DNA of 64,000 bases from a virus. Taxonomy: Duplodnaviria > Caudoviricetes. Location of the stretch: positions 75,458 through 139,457 of IMG/VR virus record IMGVR_UViG_3300029288_004944. One strand, given 5' to 3'. A program made the position numbers and the translations under genes. Below the pieces are notes generated by a model. The model had not been told where the DNA came from and ran no database searches. It saw only the letters and a list, made by a program, of their open reading frames with translations. Below are positions 30,215 to 42,737 of the stretch, in pieces; the first letter of the stretch is position 1; every line of letters begins with the position of its first letter.

Positions 30215-30998
30215 ATAATTTTCATACATCTCCATCCCTTATGATGTTTTCGTTTTCCACTTGCGACTGAATACATATGTCCTACTCCCAACCTATGCTT
30301 TTTACAAAATCTATATAAACCATTGACTATATATTTTTTATCTTGTGGATCAAAAACTTCCCATTGTTTCACATTGGGAGGACTATACCTACTTCTAACT
30401 TTTCTTAATTTTCTTTTTTGATACTCCGTCCATTTGTGTCCTCTATTTTTAATGATATTTTCATTTTTGTAAATTTTGTATGATGTTTTCCCAACATAGA
30501 ACCTTTCCATAGTCCGTTTTTAAAATTTTCTTTTTTTGTTAAAGAAATCTTTTTTTTAATTTCTTTAGTTTTTGGTATTCCTTTCCAATATCTACAATTA
30601 TGTTCTTTTATTTTTTGTTTTGATTTTTCTGTATGCTTATAATGAGAAATTCCATCCCCTCCATCGGATAAATTTAAAAGAACACCCAAGCCAAGATCTT
30701 TTCTACCTATAATCTTTATTAAATTCATCTCTATTTCATATGCCCTTCTATCATTTAAACCACAAATAACTTTTTCACAAATTGGAAATAATCCATCATT
30801 CAATATTTTTCTAATTTTTTGATTTTTAGGATGAGCAAAATTACTTTTTTTAGCCATATTAACATGCTTATTCATTCTCAATCCTGTGCCTTTACCAACA
30901 TAAAAAGGCTCATAATCAAATTTAAATTTATCATATCTATATTCACCCGACTTACGAGGATCCAATAAAACATAAACATATCTATTATTTATCTTCAA
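30211..30998 (-). pseudogene. GIY-YIG-type homing endonuclease with NUMOD3 repeats, frameshifted at an A5 run (30446-30450)
   Basis: YVYVL...FYVGKG, LLNLSDGGDG; one added A joins KISLK to NRGHKWTE...HHKGW. Confidence 0.75.
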
Positions 30999-32142
30999 TG
31001 TTGAACACCTTCTTTAAATAATTTAAATAATCTTCATCTTTACACATTTGTTTAGATAGAGTATCGGAAATCTTTGCCACAGAACAACCATTACATTGTG
31101 CCATTTTAATTACAATATTTAAAGGACAAAACGAAAAGTCATTCATTAAATTCGTACCTATTCCAAATGCTGTATTTATCTTCCCCTTATATCTCTCTGC
31201 CAATTCTATTGCCTTTGGGAATGTTAAACCATCACTAAATACAGCAGTCTTTGTCATTGGGTCTATTTTTAATTTCTTATAATGTTCTATGAGTTTATCA
31301 CACCATACAAAAGGATCACCGCTATCATGTCTTGCCCCATCAAATAATTTTGCAAAATATTTATCAAAATCATTTAAAAAGGCATCCATTCCCAACGTAT
31401 CTGACAAAGCAATTCCAAGATCTCCCCTATATTCATCTGCCCAAGTTTGAAATGCGAATTTTTGGCTATCTCTTATTCTCACAAATGCCTGACAGGCCTG
31501 AATAAATTCGTGTGCCATCGTTCCAATCGGAGAAATGCCGTACTTCTTAGCAAGATAAACATTGCTTGTTCCTGTAAATCTATATGGTAATGTTTTTCTA
31601 AACAGTTCTCCTATAATATAATGCTGCCATTCAAAAGAATATCTTCTACGAGTTCCAAAATCAGAAAATTTAAAATTATCATCAGCCTTATGGTTTATTA
31701 ATTCTATCTTTTCTGTTAGTCTCTCTTGACCAACTCCGGGCACTGCTTTATTTCTAAAATAAACTTCATTTATAATTGCAAGTACAGGGACCTCAAAATA
31801 TATTGTACTTAACCATGGGCCAACTATATTTAATCCAAACTGCCCATGATACGATGTTATTTGTACACATTTTGAATCTAATTTTAACAATTTTAAAAAC
31901 TCCAAATAACTTGGTTTAAACCATCCTAATTTTCTTAAATACTTAATTTCATCATCTTGAAATCTTAAATTACAAAGATTGTCTATTTCTGCTATTATTT
32001 CGCTCGTATATGGAGTTAAATCAACATCTTCATTCCTGCATTTAAACGTATATTCAACCATAGCATCAGGAAACTTATGAAACACTACTTGACCCATCGT
32101 AAACTTGTATAAATCTGTATCTAAAAGAGACTTTATAATCAT
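30985..32142 (-). CDS. pncB: nicotinate phosphoribosyltransferase
   Basis: SLLDTDLYKFTM, DFGTRRR, GTSNV, GTMAHE, RHDSGDP, FSDGL, FGIGT, AKISD. Confidence 0.96.
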   Translation of the reverse strand: MIIKSLLDTDLYKFTMGQVVFHKFPDAMVEYTFKCRNEDVDLTPYTSEIIAEIDNLCNLRFQDDEIKYLRKLGWFKPSYLEFLKLLKLDSKCVQITSYHGQFGLNIVGPWLSTIYFEVPVLAIINEVYFRNKAVPGVGQERLTEKIELINHKADDNFKFSDFGTRRRYSFEWQHYIIGELFRKTLPYRFTGTSNVYLAKKYGISPIGTMAHEFIQACQAFVRIRDSQKFAFQTWADEYRGDLGIALSDTLGMDAFLNDFDKYFAKLFDGARHDSGDPFVWCDKLIEHYKKLKIDPMTKTAVFSDGLTFPKAIELAERYKGKINTAFGIGTNLMNDFSFCPLNIVIKMAQCNGCSVAKISDTLSKQMCKDEDYLNYLKKVFNIEDK

Positions 32143-32166
32143 ATTTCCTCCAATTCCTATCCTCTA

Positions 32167-32454
32167 TTATTTTTTACTTTTGTATTTCTTTGGGTGAATT
32201 GTATTTAGAACATAAACTATCGTACCATTATTGTCATTGTACACCACGATCTTACGTGGATAAAGACCTATAAATTTTAAATCTATTTCATTAGCGGTGT
32301 CAGACATGCGATCTTTAACCCATTGTTTACCATGTCCATCATTGCTAACTGTCTCTATAAAATCACCCTTAGTAGTTGCCCCAACATATCGCAACCCCAT
32401 TCCAAAATATCCCCAATTAGTCAATTTTTGTCTCTTCTTCAATTTCTCCTCCAT
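32167..32454 (-). CDS. hypothetical protein
   Basis: 95-aa ORF. Confidence 0.6.
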   Translation of the reverse strand: MEEKLKKRQKLTNWGYFGMGLRYVGATTKGDFIETVSNDGHGKQWVKDRMSDTANEIDLKFIGLYPRKIVVYNDNNGTIVYVLNTIHPKKYKSKK

Positions 32455-32876
32455 TCCCTTAATTTATGTATGGCATAACAATCAGCATCCCTTTCCGAAA
32501 ATTGTCCCCTACAATTATAATATCTATACCCTCTTCTGTGCTTTGCCTGCCACAAATGACGCAGTTCATGAGCCATTAAGTAAACCAACACTTCTTCCGT
32601 TGTAAACAATTTATATCCTGATAAATATCCTTTACCTTTAACGTCTACATCCTGTCCGTTATCAATTGGAAATTTGATCTTATCGCCTATCCTTATTACA
32701 ACATAAGGACTAAAATTACCATGATAACTACACCCATTATAATAACATCTACCACAAAAACCATTCTTTGAATTCTTAACACCTATCTCAAAATTAGACA
32801 GTCCGGAAGGTCTTACAAACTTAATAATTTCCTTAATACTCTTATTATCAAACTTGGTATAGTTTTTAAGTTTCAC
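32439..32876 (-). CDS. zincin-like metallopeptidase
   Basis: AHELRH (HExxH), ERDAD.YA. Confidence 0.75.
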   Translation of the reverse strand: MKLKNYTKFDNKSIKEIIKFVRPSGLSNFEIGVKNSKNGFCGRCYYNGCSYHGNFSPYVVIRIGDKIKFPIDNGQDVDVKGKGYLSGYKLFTTEEVLVYLMAHELRHLWQAKHRRGYRYYNCRGQFSERDADCYAIHKLREWRRN

Positions 32877-32889
32877 TTAACCCCTCCAA

Positions 32890-33216
32890 TTAAAGATTTA
32901 ACATTCCAATAAATTTATACTTTATATTTGGAACACTTACACCGTTAACCTTCTTTGGATCATTCCAATAATTAAAAATTGTTGCCACAGCAAACTCTTT
33001 TTCATCTGTACTATTAATCACTACTGCAAATTCTTTTTTATCTTCATCTGTAAATTTCATAACCATTAATTCCTGATCTTTCTTTAATTTTACCCCTTTT
33101 TTCTTTATCTCTCTTGAAGCAGCATCAACAAACATTCCCCCAAAAAGACCTAAGGATTCTTGTTGATCTATTGCTGAAAAAAATATTCCCCTGAGTGTTT
33201 CTTGTTTTATTTCCAT
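32890..33216 (-). CDS. hypothetical protein
   Basis: 108-aa ORF. Confidence 0.65.
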   Translation of the reverse strand: MEIKQETLRGIFFSAIDQQESLGLFGGMFVDAASREIKKKGVKLKKDQELMVMKFTDEDKKEFAVVINSTDEKEFAVATIFNYWNDPKKVNGVSVPNIKYKFIGMLNL

Positions 33217-33523
33217 TTATTGTTCCTTTAAAAATTCTTTTCTACTTTTTCTTAAAATACGCCTAATTTGTTTTAAGTGCTTTGCCTTTTTTACTTTTTC
33301 CAAAACTTTCAATAAAAACGGTATGTCCGAAAAACACATTGTTTCCATTAAACCTCCATCATTTTAATGCTTTATTTTGAATCCACAGTAAAATACAAAT
33401 TTACACCGGCAACGATTAAAAATGTTCCTAATATAAAAGATGCAAGAGATCCATACCTTCCCCCAATATAAGAAAATATACAACCCAATATGATAGCCAA
33501 AATATCCTCAATTTTTCTTTTAT

Positions 33524-33814
33524 TCATTTAATTTTTTCCTTTTTTAAGATTTTGTATTCTCCTTTATCCCATCCTACTCCCATAATATCATTTAAATCAC
33601 AATAATACATATTTCCTGATTTTGCCAAATCTATCTCTCTTTTATTTCCTGTTTCAGAAACATACTGACTAAAAGAAGATAAACAATAATTTACCCAAGA
33701 ACCCTCTTTTAATATTTTATAAAAATTAGATATAGATGTCGCCTGACCAATAACACGGCATTGTTTACCATCTTTATAAAATTGTCCATATCCATAAACT
33801 TTTAATTTTCTCAT
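33524..33814 (-). CDS. hypothetical protein, first gene after promoter
   Basis: start MRKLK after AAAGGAG. Confidence 0.65.
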   Translation of the reverse strand: MRKLKVYGYGQFYKDGKQCRVIGQATSISNFYKILKEGSWVNYCLSSFSQYVSETGNKREIDLAKSGNMYYCDLNDIMGVGWDKGEYKILKKEKIK

Positions 33815-33857
33815 TTCTTCTCCTTTGTACTTAAATCCCATATCCCATCCTACATAT

Positions 33858-33886
33858 ATTATAGCATACTTTATGGTAAAAGTCAA
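33858..33886 (-). promoter_or_regulatory. sigma70/sigmaA promoter with conserved leader
   Basis: TTGACT-17-TATAAT; downstream ATATGTAGGATGGGATATGGGATTTAA nearly identical to the leader of the 43942 promoter. Confidence 0.88.
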
Positions 33887-33896
33887 GAAAAAAATG

Positions 33897-35510
33897 CTAT
33901 ATGTCTAAACTAAGTTGACAAACAGAATCTTTAATCCTTTTTTCTGCGATCTTAATATACTCAGGATTGAGTTCAATACCTACATAATTTCTTCCAAGTT
34001 GTTTTGCCACCATACCCGTTGTTCCTGCTCCCATAAATGGATCAAGCACTATTCCGGGATTAAACTTTTCTCCACAACCACAATCACTATAACTATTAAA
34101 CTCTTTAACATTCTGTTCTGTATTTCCTGAATATGCAGAATTCTGATTACTCTCTACATGCTTTACTCCTCCTATTGGAGGAACTTTTTCTATTCCCACT
34201 ACTTTATATATCTTTTCTCTTGGCAAACCACATTTTGAACATACTTCTTTTGGACAACCGGCATTAATACATCTTTCAGGTATTTCAGGGGCAAACACGG
34301 CAAAATGGGCTCCTGAAAAAGATTTTGTTGTAATATCCCACACTGTCCTCATATTACGGCCATTTCTTTTTTTATATTCTTCTTCTAAATTATCATATCC
34401 TTTATACTTTCTCGGTTGACTCATCGTATTAGCATGAACTCCCTCAGGAAAATACTCATCCTTAGAATATTTATTTTCATTATTTCCCCTACATTCCCTT
34501 TTTAAAGATTCAATATTTAAAGATTCAAATTGCTGTTCAAAATAATAATCATTGCCTGACCAAAAACTATACTTTATCTTGCCCGTACCTTCACAACGAC
34601 TGCATCTATCTTCACTATTCCTATAAATTCTTGCCCTTGGACTACTAAAAAGTTCAGAATCCTCTTTTGAAATCTTGGTATCACATTCTGCCTCTTTACA
34701 ATTAGGACAGTCTTTCCATCCCCAATCTTGTCCCTCTACCCCACTTACCCCCAATGGCTGTTTATCTACAATTTTCAAAGTTTTCTTATTTACCCAATAC
34801 TGCACACTATTGGATTTTGTAAAATAAAAAATATATTCAAAGTCGACGGTAAATCGATCATCAGCAGAGTCTGGCATACAGTTTCTTTTGTACCAACATA
34901 TCGTATTTCTACGAATCCAACCACGATCAGACATTCCTATTACAAAACGTTCAGGAATACCCATAAGGGATTTAACCGGTATATTACTTTGCACTTTATC
35001 ATATCTACCAAGTTGCCCAAGGCCTTCTGCATTACCTAAATTACTTTTTGCACTATTCGATGCATTATTATTATAACTGTCACCTATATTCCAAAACATT
35101 ACACCTGTTTTTTTCAATACCCTTTTAATCTCATCACATATCTGCCACAAATGATCCAAATACAACTGATATGATGGCTCCAACCCAAGTTCTCCTCTCC
35201 ACGCCCCACACACAGAACAAAAATTACCACTATTTGCCTTATTTAGATCAGCAATCTTTTCGTACTTATTTCCATTAAGATCACCCTTATCATTACGATA
35301 TTCATTGCCACATCTCTTTAATTCATCTCCCCATACATGCTGACACCCTTCTTTTCCTCCCCACACCTGCGGATTAGTTTTGTACGATCTCAATCCGAAA
35401 TAGGGCGGAGAAGTGACAACGCAATCAATACTTTCGTTTGGAATAGTCTTTAATACTTCCAACGTATTACCTGAAAGTATTTTATTTGTAATATCCTCAA
35501 TTGTTTTCAT
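33897..35510 (-). CDS. N4-C/N6-A DNA methyltransferase (beta class) with Cys-rich insertions
   Basis: TSPPY, HFAVF, LDPFMGAGTT, GIELN. Confidence 0.93.
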   Translation of the reverse strand: MKTIEDITNKILSGNTLEVLKTIPNESIDCVVTSPPYFGLRSYKTNPQVWGGKEGCQHVWGDELKRCGNEYRNDKGDLNGNKYEKIADLNKANSGNFCSVCGAWRGELGLEPSYQLYLDHLWQICDEIKRVLKKTGVMFWNIGDSYNNNASNSAKSNLGNAEGLGQLGRYDKVQSNIPVKSLMGIPERFVIGMSDRGWIRRNTICWYKRNCMPDSADDRFTVDFEYIFYFTKSNSVQYWVNKKTLKIVDKQPLGVSGVEGQDWGWKDCPNCKEAECDTKISKEDSELFSSPRARIYRNSEDRCSRCEGTGKIKYSFWSGNDYYFEQQFESLNIESLKRECRGNNENKYSKDEYFPEGVHANTMSQPRKYKGYDNLEEEYKKRNGRNMRTVWDITTKSFSGAHFAVFAPEIPERCINAGCPKEVCSKCGLPREKIYKVVGIEKVPPIGGVKHVESNQNSAYSGNTEQNVKEFNSYSDCGCGEKFNPGIVLDPFMGAGTTGMVAKQLGRNYVGIELNPEYIKIAEKRIKDSVCQLSLDI

Positions 35511-35526
35511 ATTTCTTAGCCTCTCT

Positions 35527-35667
35527 TTAAAACAATTCCATTTGTTTTTCTTCTATGATGTCTTTCTTTATAAATATACTTATATCTTCTTTTGTTATTA
35601 AGTCTGCCCTTTCCTGTTCTTTTGTAATATATGGCTTACAATATTTCTGCATATCAAAATTAACCAT
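35527..35667 (-). CDS. 46-aa ORF or gene remnant ending in QMELF
   Basis: MVNFDMQKY...EEKQMELF; weak RBS. Confidence 0.35.
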   Translation of the reverse strand: MVNFDMQKYCKPYITKEQERADLITKEDISIFIKKDIIEEKQMELF

Positions 35668-35790
35668 CACTTGATTACTGACAAATTCCTCTTACAATCT
35701 TTGATCTCTCCTACAAACTTTCCATCTGCCCTTTCCGGCATAAATGTATAAAATTTATCATAAGCCATACGTATAATAGATTTTTTCTTT

Positions 35791-36117
35791 TTATTCGTCA
35801 CCATTCTTTGTCTCCTTTGGCCATTCCCCATTATTATCTTTTAATTGATATTTTTCACATATGGCACATTTTCTCATATTATACTTACCTTCAACTGCTT
35901 CCCACTCGTGTTCTTCCTCGTTCTCCTTGCACAACTTTTGAGATGAATAAGACACAGAAACAGAACAAGACACACTAAACATTTTTCCACATTTGCCACA
36001 CTCAACATCTTCTATATCTCCATCTGACATGTGCATTTCCCAACTATCATTATCTTCGTAACCACAATAAGGACACGTTATATCATCAGTAAAATCACAA
36101 TCTATATCATTGCTCAT
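35791..36117 (-). CDS. zinc-finger protein
   Basis: CPYC, CGKC, CAIC. Confidence 0.7.
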   Translation of the reverse strand: MSNDIDCDFTDDITCPYCGYEDNDSWEMHMSDGDIEDVECGKCGKMFSVSCSVSVSYSSQKLCKENEEEHEWEAVEGKYNMRKCAICEKYQLKDNNGEWPKETKNGDE

Positions 36118-36141
36118 TTTATTTCTCCTTTTCTACATTAT

Positions 36142-36483
36142 TTATTCTATATTACCCCACCCTTTTGGAAATAATTTCTTCATATAATCATAACATTTTT
36201 GGCATAGCATCTTCTCCTGCAATTCCGGTATTACATATTTTTCCCACTCTTCGTTTGGGACCATAAACATATCCGGCCATTTCTTGCCACATCTCCCACA
36301 CAGATTTGGGATTATAACGTAAGGTATTCTATCATATTTTTCAAATACTCCATCTTCTTCCGATGTAATGCCACAACCACATCCAATCAACTGTCCACCA
36401 CAATTAGGACAAGTTTCCATATCACAACCAAATTCATGCAAATGACCTTCTTTTACTCCACAATCATGGCACGTTTTCTTCAT
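36142..36483 (-). CDS. Cys-rich zinc-binding protein
   Basis: CHDC, CPNC, CGC, CGRC, CQKC. Confidence 0.72.
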   Translation of the reverse strand: MKKTCHDCGVKEGHLHEFGCDMETCPNCGGQLIGCGCGITSEEDGVFEKYDRIPYVIIPNLCGRCGKKWPDMFMVPNEEWEKYVIPELQEKMLCQKCYDYMKKLFPKGWGNIE

Positions 36484-39400
36484 TTTAACTCCCCTTCATT
36501 TTTTTGTAATTTTTCTTTATCATGAAACTCCAATGCCTTTATATCAAACTTAGCCTCAATAGCCTTTCTTAGTGGTCCTGACAATGATTCTTCAACCTTT
36601 CCCAATATCTCATCTGAAATACTTCTTTCTATCGCATCTCCGATTGTTTCCCTAACCTGAATCTGCATCATTGAAAGCATATCGCGAGCCATTCTCTCAA
36701 AATCTTCTCCAACCTGATAATTTTCAAAAGACCAATGCCCTTTAATACATTTAATTTTTAAAAGTCTTTTTGTACGCTTGGTAATAGGAACATAGCAGGG
36801 GAATCCAAAAAGATTGAATTTAAAATAACCCAACGCCCTTTCTTTAATATCAGTGGAAGCAGTTACTCCATCAGGAAGTTCTTTTATAAAACTATCAAAT
36901 ATACCCACTTTACCCCCCCTTATTCCTTTTCCACTCCGCCTAAATATATTATCCCCTGATCTGAGCCTTCCGGCTGAAAATCAGAATCTGCATTATCCAT
37001 TGTTCCATTAACAAATTCCACAAGACCATCCACATCCTCAAAATCATCCTCTACCTCAAACTCAACAATCACTTTTACTGTCTTCATTTAATCTCCTTTA
37101 TCAGTCTCTCTACTCCCCCATAGCCTCACATATCATCTTATTCGCCTCATCTTTATTCTCAACCGCCACTTTCAAAAACTCATTTTGTGTCAATGTTTTC
37201 ATATTATACCTCTATATGCCGACATTCTTAGCATTTGTAATAGCCATTAATAACTCATCTGCTGATACGGTTAGGATTGTATCCTCAAATTTTAAAACTA
37301 CCATACTACTTCTGTTCCAATGACTTTGTATAATTAATTTGTATTCTTTGCTTGGTAAACACTCTTTATTATCTCTTTCATAAACATCAATTTCGTTCGT
37401 GCTTTTTAATTTACTCATTTGACCTCCGAGTTAATTTTAATCCAACCAAACCTTTAAATGCTTTTGAAACCCTTAACAAATTTTTATATACTACACAAAT
37501 TTTTCTATCTTTACATTTTTTACACAAACAATTATCTTTAGTAGGTTTTTTACTTTTCATTCGATCCCCTCCTTACTATTTATTCAGCGATCCCATCCCA
37601 TACTGCCAAAACCAATAAAAACACAAGCCAAATACCAAAACCAAATATTGCCATTATTTAGATATGGGAAATACATGACACCCAAAATAATCCCATATGC
37701 AAAAAAACTTCTCAATATTCCTTTTATCATTTATCTCTCCTTATATTTTATTTAACTTCATTCAAATATATGACACTATTCTATCTTAATACCCATTTCA
37801 TCCTCAACATATTTTTTATAAAATAAATTTCGTTCAATCTCTTTCTTTTTATATCGAGCATACTCCAAGATATCGCACTTTTTTCTTATCTGTTCTTCGG
37901 TCAATTTCTTTCTTTTCTTACTTACGCTTAAAGTTATCTTCCATGCAACATTAAAAAGCGAACTACGATCTTTAATTTTCCTAAATCTTATCTTTTTAAT
38001 ATTATAATCTCTAATTTCATCTAAATCAATATAACTATTTATATTTTGCAATAAATACTTCTTTGCAACCCTTTCATCCAAATAGGATGTATTCACCATC
38101 ATTATCACTATATATTTTTTCATTTTCCATCCTTCACCCAAAAAGTTCCGCTCCAACTATCCCATTCTTCTTTCTGCTTCTTACCACATCTCAGACACTT
38201 TCTATGGCATAAACTATATTCATCTTTCTTCGTTTCCCATTTATGCCCCAACAATAAGCAAACCAATTTTTTCATTTGATCTCCTTTATTAATCTCGTTG
38301 CTTTATGGTTTGCATAACAAATATTAAATTGTCCACATTTCCCATCTATACATTCCTCATTCGCTACACTAAATTTAGAAACTTTACAATTTTTGTTTGC
38401 ACTCCGACAAAAAGCCTTCCAACTTATCACTCTTAAACAATGCAAAATTTCTTTTATATCTTCGTTCATTTTATTTCTCCTTATCTATCATTATATAATT
38501 TTATTAATCTTTCTTTATCTTCTGATCTTGCTATATAACTCCCATAACTATTTCTTGCCGTACCCCCACAGGTCAATATACCAAAAACTGTATTTAAAAT
38601 TATTTCTATACCCCTAAATTCATCACCTAATTTTTCCTCCCACAATAACGCTATCTTATTATTTGCACAAGGATAAAAATCTTCAACTATTTCATACCAA
38701 CCTTTTAAAGTTTCAGGATTAAAATTACCATAAAAATGCAATCGTCTACCATATAAATTTTTTGTCATTTTTGCAAAATCCTTTCTTGTTTCAGGACTTT
38801 TGATTTTTAATGCCCTATAAGTATCCCACCCATTATTAATAAAAACTTTTTTCGTTGTAAGGTATTTTTTTAAAAACATATTTAGATCTTCTTTATTTTT
38901 TATCCTTGGATAATTCATTATAACCCTCCTTCCCCAACCTTGCCAACGCCTTCCAATTTTGTTTAATATGTCTCTTTGCCATTTTTGACATATGACCATA
39001 ACTTTTCTGTGCAGATTTTATATCAATATCCTCAGGATTAATTCCAATGGAGAGAAATTTACTTTTTAATAATTTAAGAGTAATCATTTGATTCCTTCCT
39101 TACTATTTTATATTAAACTTATAATCCTTTGACATCCCTACAAAATTATCACAATCCCATTTAAAAATTCCTACCTTACTTGGCTTAAAATATTCATAAC
39201 TCTGACCACCACTATAATTCTTAGGAATTGCCATAAATCTATAACAATGCTTTCTTAATACACATTTTTTATTTTTACACATTATCATTTCTGGCATTAT
39301 TTATCCTCTACATAAATTGGTTGCTTTTGAACTGCTTCAACTATTATATTGCTTGCTTCGGCAACACACTCTGAGCCAGAAGTATCTATGTTTAGATACT

Positions 39401-39590
39401 TCACTTTTTTATACCCCTGTTTCTCGTAAAACTCTTTCGGCAACAGTTTGATAAGTTCGTTGTCAAGAGAATGGTCGGCGATGGCCTGTTTTAATCGCTC
39501 TTCAATATTAATTTCCATTTGTTTGTCCTCAATTTGCCAATAGTCTAAATTAATTGCTTCAAGAAAACTTTTCTGCTCAACCTCTTTCAT
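36480..39590 (-). CDS. run of small hypothetical ORFs (36480..36908, 37212..37418, 37776..38123, 38272..38469, 38481..38918, 38893..39087, 39103..39297, 39297..39590 and shorter ones)
   Basis: co-oriented, mostly with GGAG-type RBS; no recognisable motifs. Confidence 0.6.
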
Positions 39591-40537
39591 TTTGCCTCCC
39601 CTAAATATACTATACTCCCCTTTTCTAACTTAATCTCCTCGTCTCCACGACTAACGATTATCTCATTGTCCTTATTTTTCTCACTTATCTCATAGGCCAC
39701 GACATCGCGTTTCTGAGATATTTTCGGCGTATTCTTTGCCTCTTCCATAAAAGAAAAACTTTCCTGATTACATCTATTTCTCGCCCTCTCACAGTATTGC
39801 TCAGAAATGTCAATACCAACATAATTTCGTTTTAGATCTTTGGCCACTTTGCACGTCGTGCCTGTACCGGAAAACGGATCCAAAACCGTGTTGCCCTGAT
39901 AAGAGTAGAACTTCAGTAATCTTCTTGGTAATTCCTCCGGAAATGGAGCAGGATGACTCCTGTCGGATTCTGTCATAAAATACCAAGCGTTCTTACTCCA
40001 AACCATAAACTCTTCCTTGGTTATATCAATTTTATCTTTATTCCCCACCAATGAAGGATTGTCTTTATATGCCACAATTATATATTCAATAAATGACCTC
40101 ATATAAGGATTAGACGGCGATAAAAATGATCCCCACGCTGTAGATCCCATACAAAATATGCTCATTGTTTCATCCGTTGCTTTTATCCAAGTCACAATTT
40201 CTCTTATCGTAAATCCTGCTTTACTTAAACAATTAATATAATCCGGCAAAAAAGGCAAATATTTCTGAGATTTTGGAGTATTTGGATTATTCCCAAGAAC
40301 AGGTATATTAATTGCAATACGACCACCATCTACTAATACCCTATAAGATTGCGTTATCCATTCCTGAGTAAACTTCCAATATTCATCATACGCCATATTG
40401 TCATCCCATGTTGAGCCATAGTCCTTTCCAACATTATAAGGTGGGCTCGTTATAACCATTTCAACGCTATTCTCAGGCATCTTAGCCATTATCTCACGAC
40501 AGTCACCCAAATGTATCTTATTAATAAATTCATTCAT
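39587..40537 (-). CDS. N4-C/N6-A DNA methyltransferase (beta class)
   Basis: [22 protein letters not shown]; start MNEF. Confidence 0.93.
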   Translation of the reverse strand: MNEFINKIHLGDCREIMAKMPENSVEMVITSPPYNVGKDYGSTWDDNMAYDEYWKFTQEWITQSYRVLVDGGRIAINIPVLGNNPNTPKSQKYLPFLPDYINCLSKAGFTIREIVTWIKATDETMSIFCMGSTAWGSFLSPSNPYMRSFIEYIIVAYKDNPSLVGNKDKIDITKEEFMVWSKNAWYFMTESDRSHPAPFPEELPRRLLKFYSYQGNTVLDPFSGTGTTCKVAKDLKRNYVGIDISEQYCERARNRCNQESFSFMEEAKNTPKISQKRDVVAYEISEKNKDNEIIVSRGDEEIKLEKGSIVYLGEAK

Positions 40538-40925
40538 TATTTTTCCCCTTAAAATAGTCTTCAAGAATTTGTCTATGATCAAAAGCGATAGCCATTGGTA
40601 AATCATCTTTTCCAAAAACACTTATACTGCCGGCATCATCTCCTGCATTCAATTTTCCCACTCCCTTGGCTGTAAATACAACCGTAATGGTGTGCCCTCT
40701 CGGATCTCTATTAAGATCTGAATAAACATGAAATTGCCTTAAATCTTTAAGTTCAAGACATGTTTCTTCTTTCATTTCTCTAATTGCCGTTTCTTCTACG
40801 CTTTCACCGTACTCAACAAACCCTCCGGGAATAGCCCAACCATAAGGAGGATTTTTTCTTTCTATAAGAATAATGCCTTTGGGCATTTCAATAATCACAT
40901 CACTTGTAATACTTATATGTTTCAT
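40530..40925 (-). CDS. Nudix hydrolase, ADP-ribose pyrophosphatase-like
   Basis: [23 protein letters not shown] Nudix box, RDPR, AGDDA, AFDH. Confidence 0.9.
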   Translation of the reverse strand: MKHISITSDVIIEMPKGIILIERKNPPYGWAIPGGFVEYGESVEETAIREMKEETCLELKDLRQFHVYSDLNRDPRGHTITVVFTAKGVGKLNAGDDAGSISVFGKDDLPMAIAFDHRQILEDYFKGKNNE

Positions 40926-41082
40926 TTTGATCTCCTTAATTATTCTCCATCATAAATTACAGAACCGTATCCCTTTTTTCTTAATGCTTTATCTCTCTTT
41001 TTACAATAATGACAATGTTTGTGAAATGTTTCAATCTTATCATTATTATTTTTACACTTTTTACAACATTTTTCAGTTAATT

Positions 41083-42725
41083 TCACATTGTCTCCTTTAT
41101 CTTATTTTCTATCTTTAAATTTTTTAAACACTCGGTTATTGCATCCCACTTACAGCAACCGACAAAAGTTCCTAAATATCCATATCCTGCGACGTGCAAA
41201 TTATAATGTGAATCATTCCGTGAGAAATGTTCCACATAAATATCATTCATCTTTATTTTTAATCTTTGTCGTTCTATCCTACAAGATGATTTACACATAT
41301 TGTGTATTGCCATCATATCACTCCTTTATATATCCGTTCTTTTTTAAATAAATCCACATTTCTGCAAGGGCTTGGGATAGAGATTTGTTTTCAAATTCCG
41401 GGGTAGCCAACCTATGAAACCAACTATAACAAACACGATATTCATTATCTGAAATTTTACAAAAATCTAAACAGTAAAAATAGTTTTCAAATTTTATACT
41501 TGTTGGCAACTCTTTCAAGATTTCATCTGAAAGGGGGGCAGGTAAAATAGTTACAACCATTTCATATTTTTTTATATTTTCGGTTAAGTCTAAAATACTC
41601 CCCTTCTTGAAAAATATATGACTAAATTCAGTTTCACAGTCCCATCCCTCTCTATCCATCAAGGCAGCAATTGATGGGGGTACACAATATTTAGTCATTA
41701 CTCCTCCTCTTATTATTTAAATTTTTAATAAAAGCATATATGTCATCAAAGCAACTACCTGCAAAAATCGTGTTGGCCTCAGGGAAAAAAGCATATTGCC
41801 TCCAAGCAGGAAACCATTTAATTATTCCCAACAAATGATGACCAACTATTGAAACAACATTCCATTTTTCAGATTTACCTTCATAGGTTTCATCTTGTTC
41901 AAAATTTATCCACTTTGACATTATTCTCTCCTCAATAATTATTCCCATCTCTTCCATCGTAATATGATTCTACTCCGTGAAATTCATCACACACTGATTT
42001 CCTTATTCTATACCAACCCTTTTTATTCCGGCCAAGCAATCCCATTTTTACCATCTTTAAACATATAGGAGAAGCCCAAGCAGAATGATAATTCCCACCC
42101 TTCAATGTCCTTCCAAGTTCAGTCGGACTTACAAACCTTTTACTTTCAGAAGCAAGAGAATATAAAAAATCAAATATCATTCTCTCGTCATGACTCAATG
42201 TAACATCTCTATCATTAACAGTAAAATCCATTGATCCCCCTCATTTCTACCGAATTCTTTTTACTATAATTATACTCCCCGTATCTGTTATAATCGCCAT
42301 TCTATTATCATTTCCATACTCAGGACTCCATTGATCTACCACACACATTGCATTTGGATATTTTGAATGTATCTTATCCCATAAAATTTTATCCACTTCT
42401 TCCACTAAAAATAATCCCAAAACAATAAGTACCATAACCATTATAAGAGAAACTATCCCCACTTTTAATGCTTCCATTTTTTTCATTCTCTTATCCTCCT
42501 ATTTTTCTTTATCCATTCTATAAAACTCGGAAAATCAAATGCCCAAAATACAGCAATAGGAATATAAAAACCCATGCAAGATAAAGCCATAAGTGTTATA
42601 TAAAAAGGAAAAGGAAACATTCCCCTAAATAGAGCATTTAATCCCATAACAAATGCAAGTATAAAAAGAACAGTTCCAAAAATCCCACTTATAGTAAAAA
42701 TCCAAGAACATAAACTTCTTTTCAT
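41083..42725 (-). CDS. run of small hypothetical ORFs (41083..41316, 41318..41698, 41691..41921, 41932..42231 wHTH-like, 42247..42486 and 42483..42725 membrane)
   Basis: ORF track; hydrophobic segments; SPTELG...GLL.RN..GWY pattern in 41932. Confidence 0.6.
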
Positions 42726-42737
42726 CTTTTTATCCCC

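Noticed and set aside
25738-30998. Group I introns around the HNH and GIY-YIG endonucleases
   Set aside because: Flanking genes (clpX, pncB, nadE, MORN copy 1) look complete and there is no non-coding space for intron cores, so these are free-standing.
32890-33216. Additional leader-family member (MEIKQETLRG)
   Set aside because: Only the first five residues resemble the leader; too weak.
35527-35803. TAG recoding (a frame here reads through two TAGs)
   Set aside because: Many confident genes (clpX, nadD, helicase, NTase) end at TAG at their expected C-termini, so the standard code fits.
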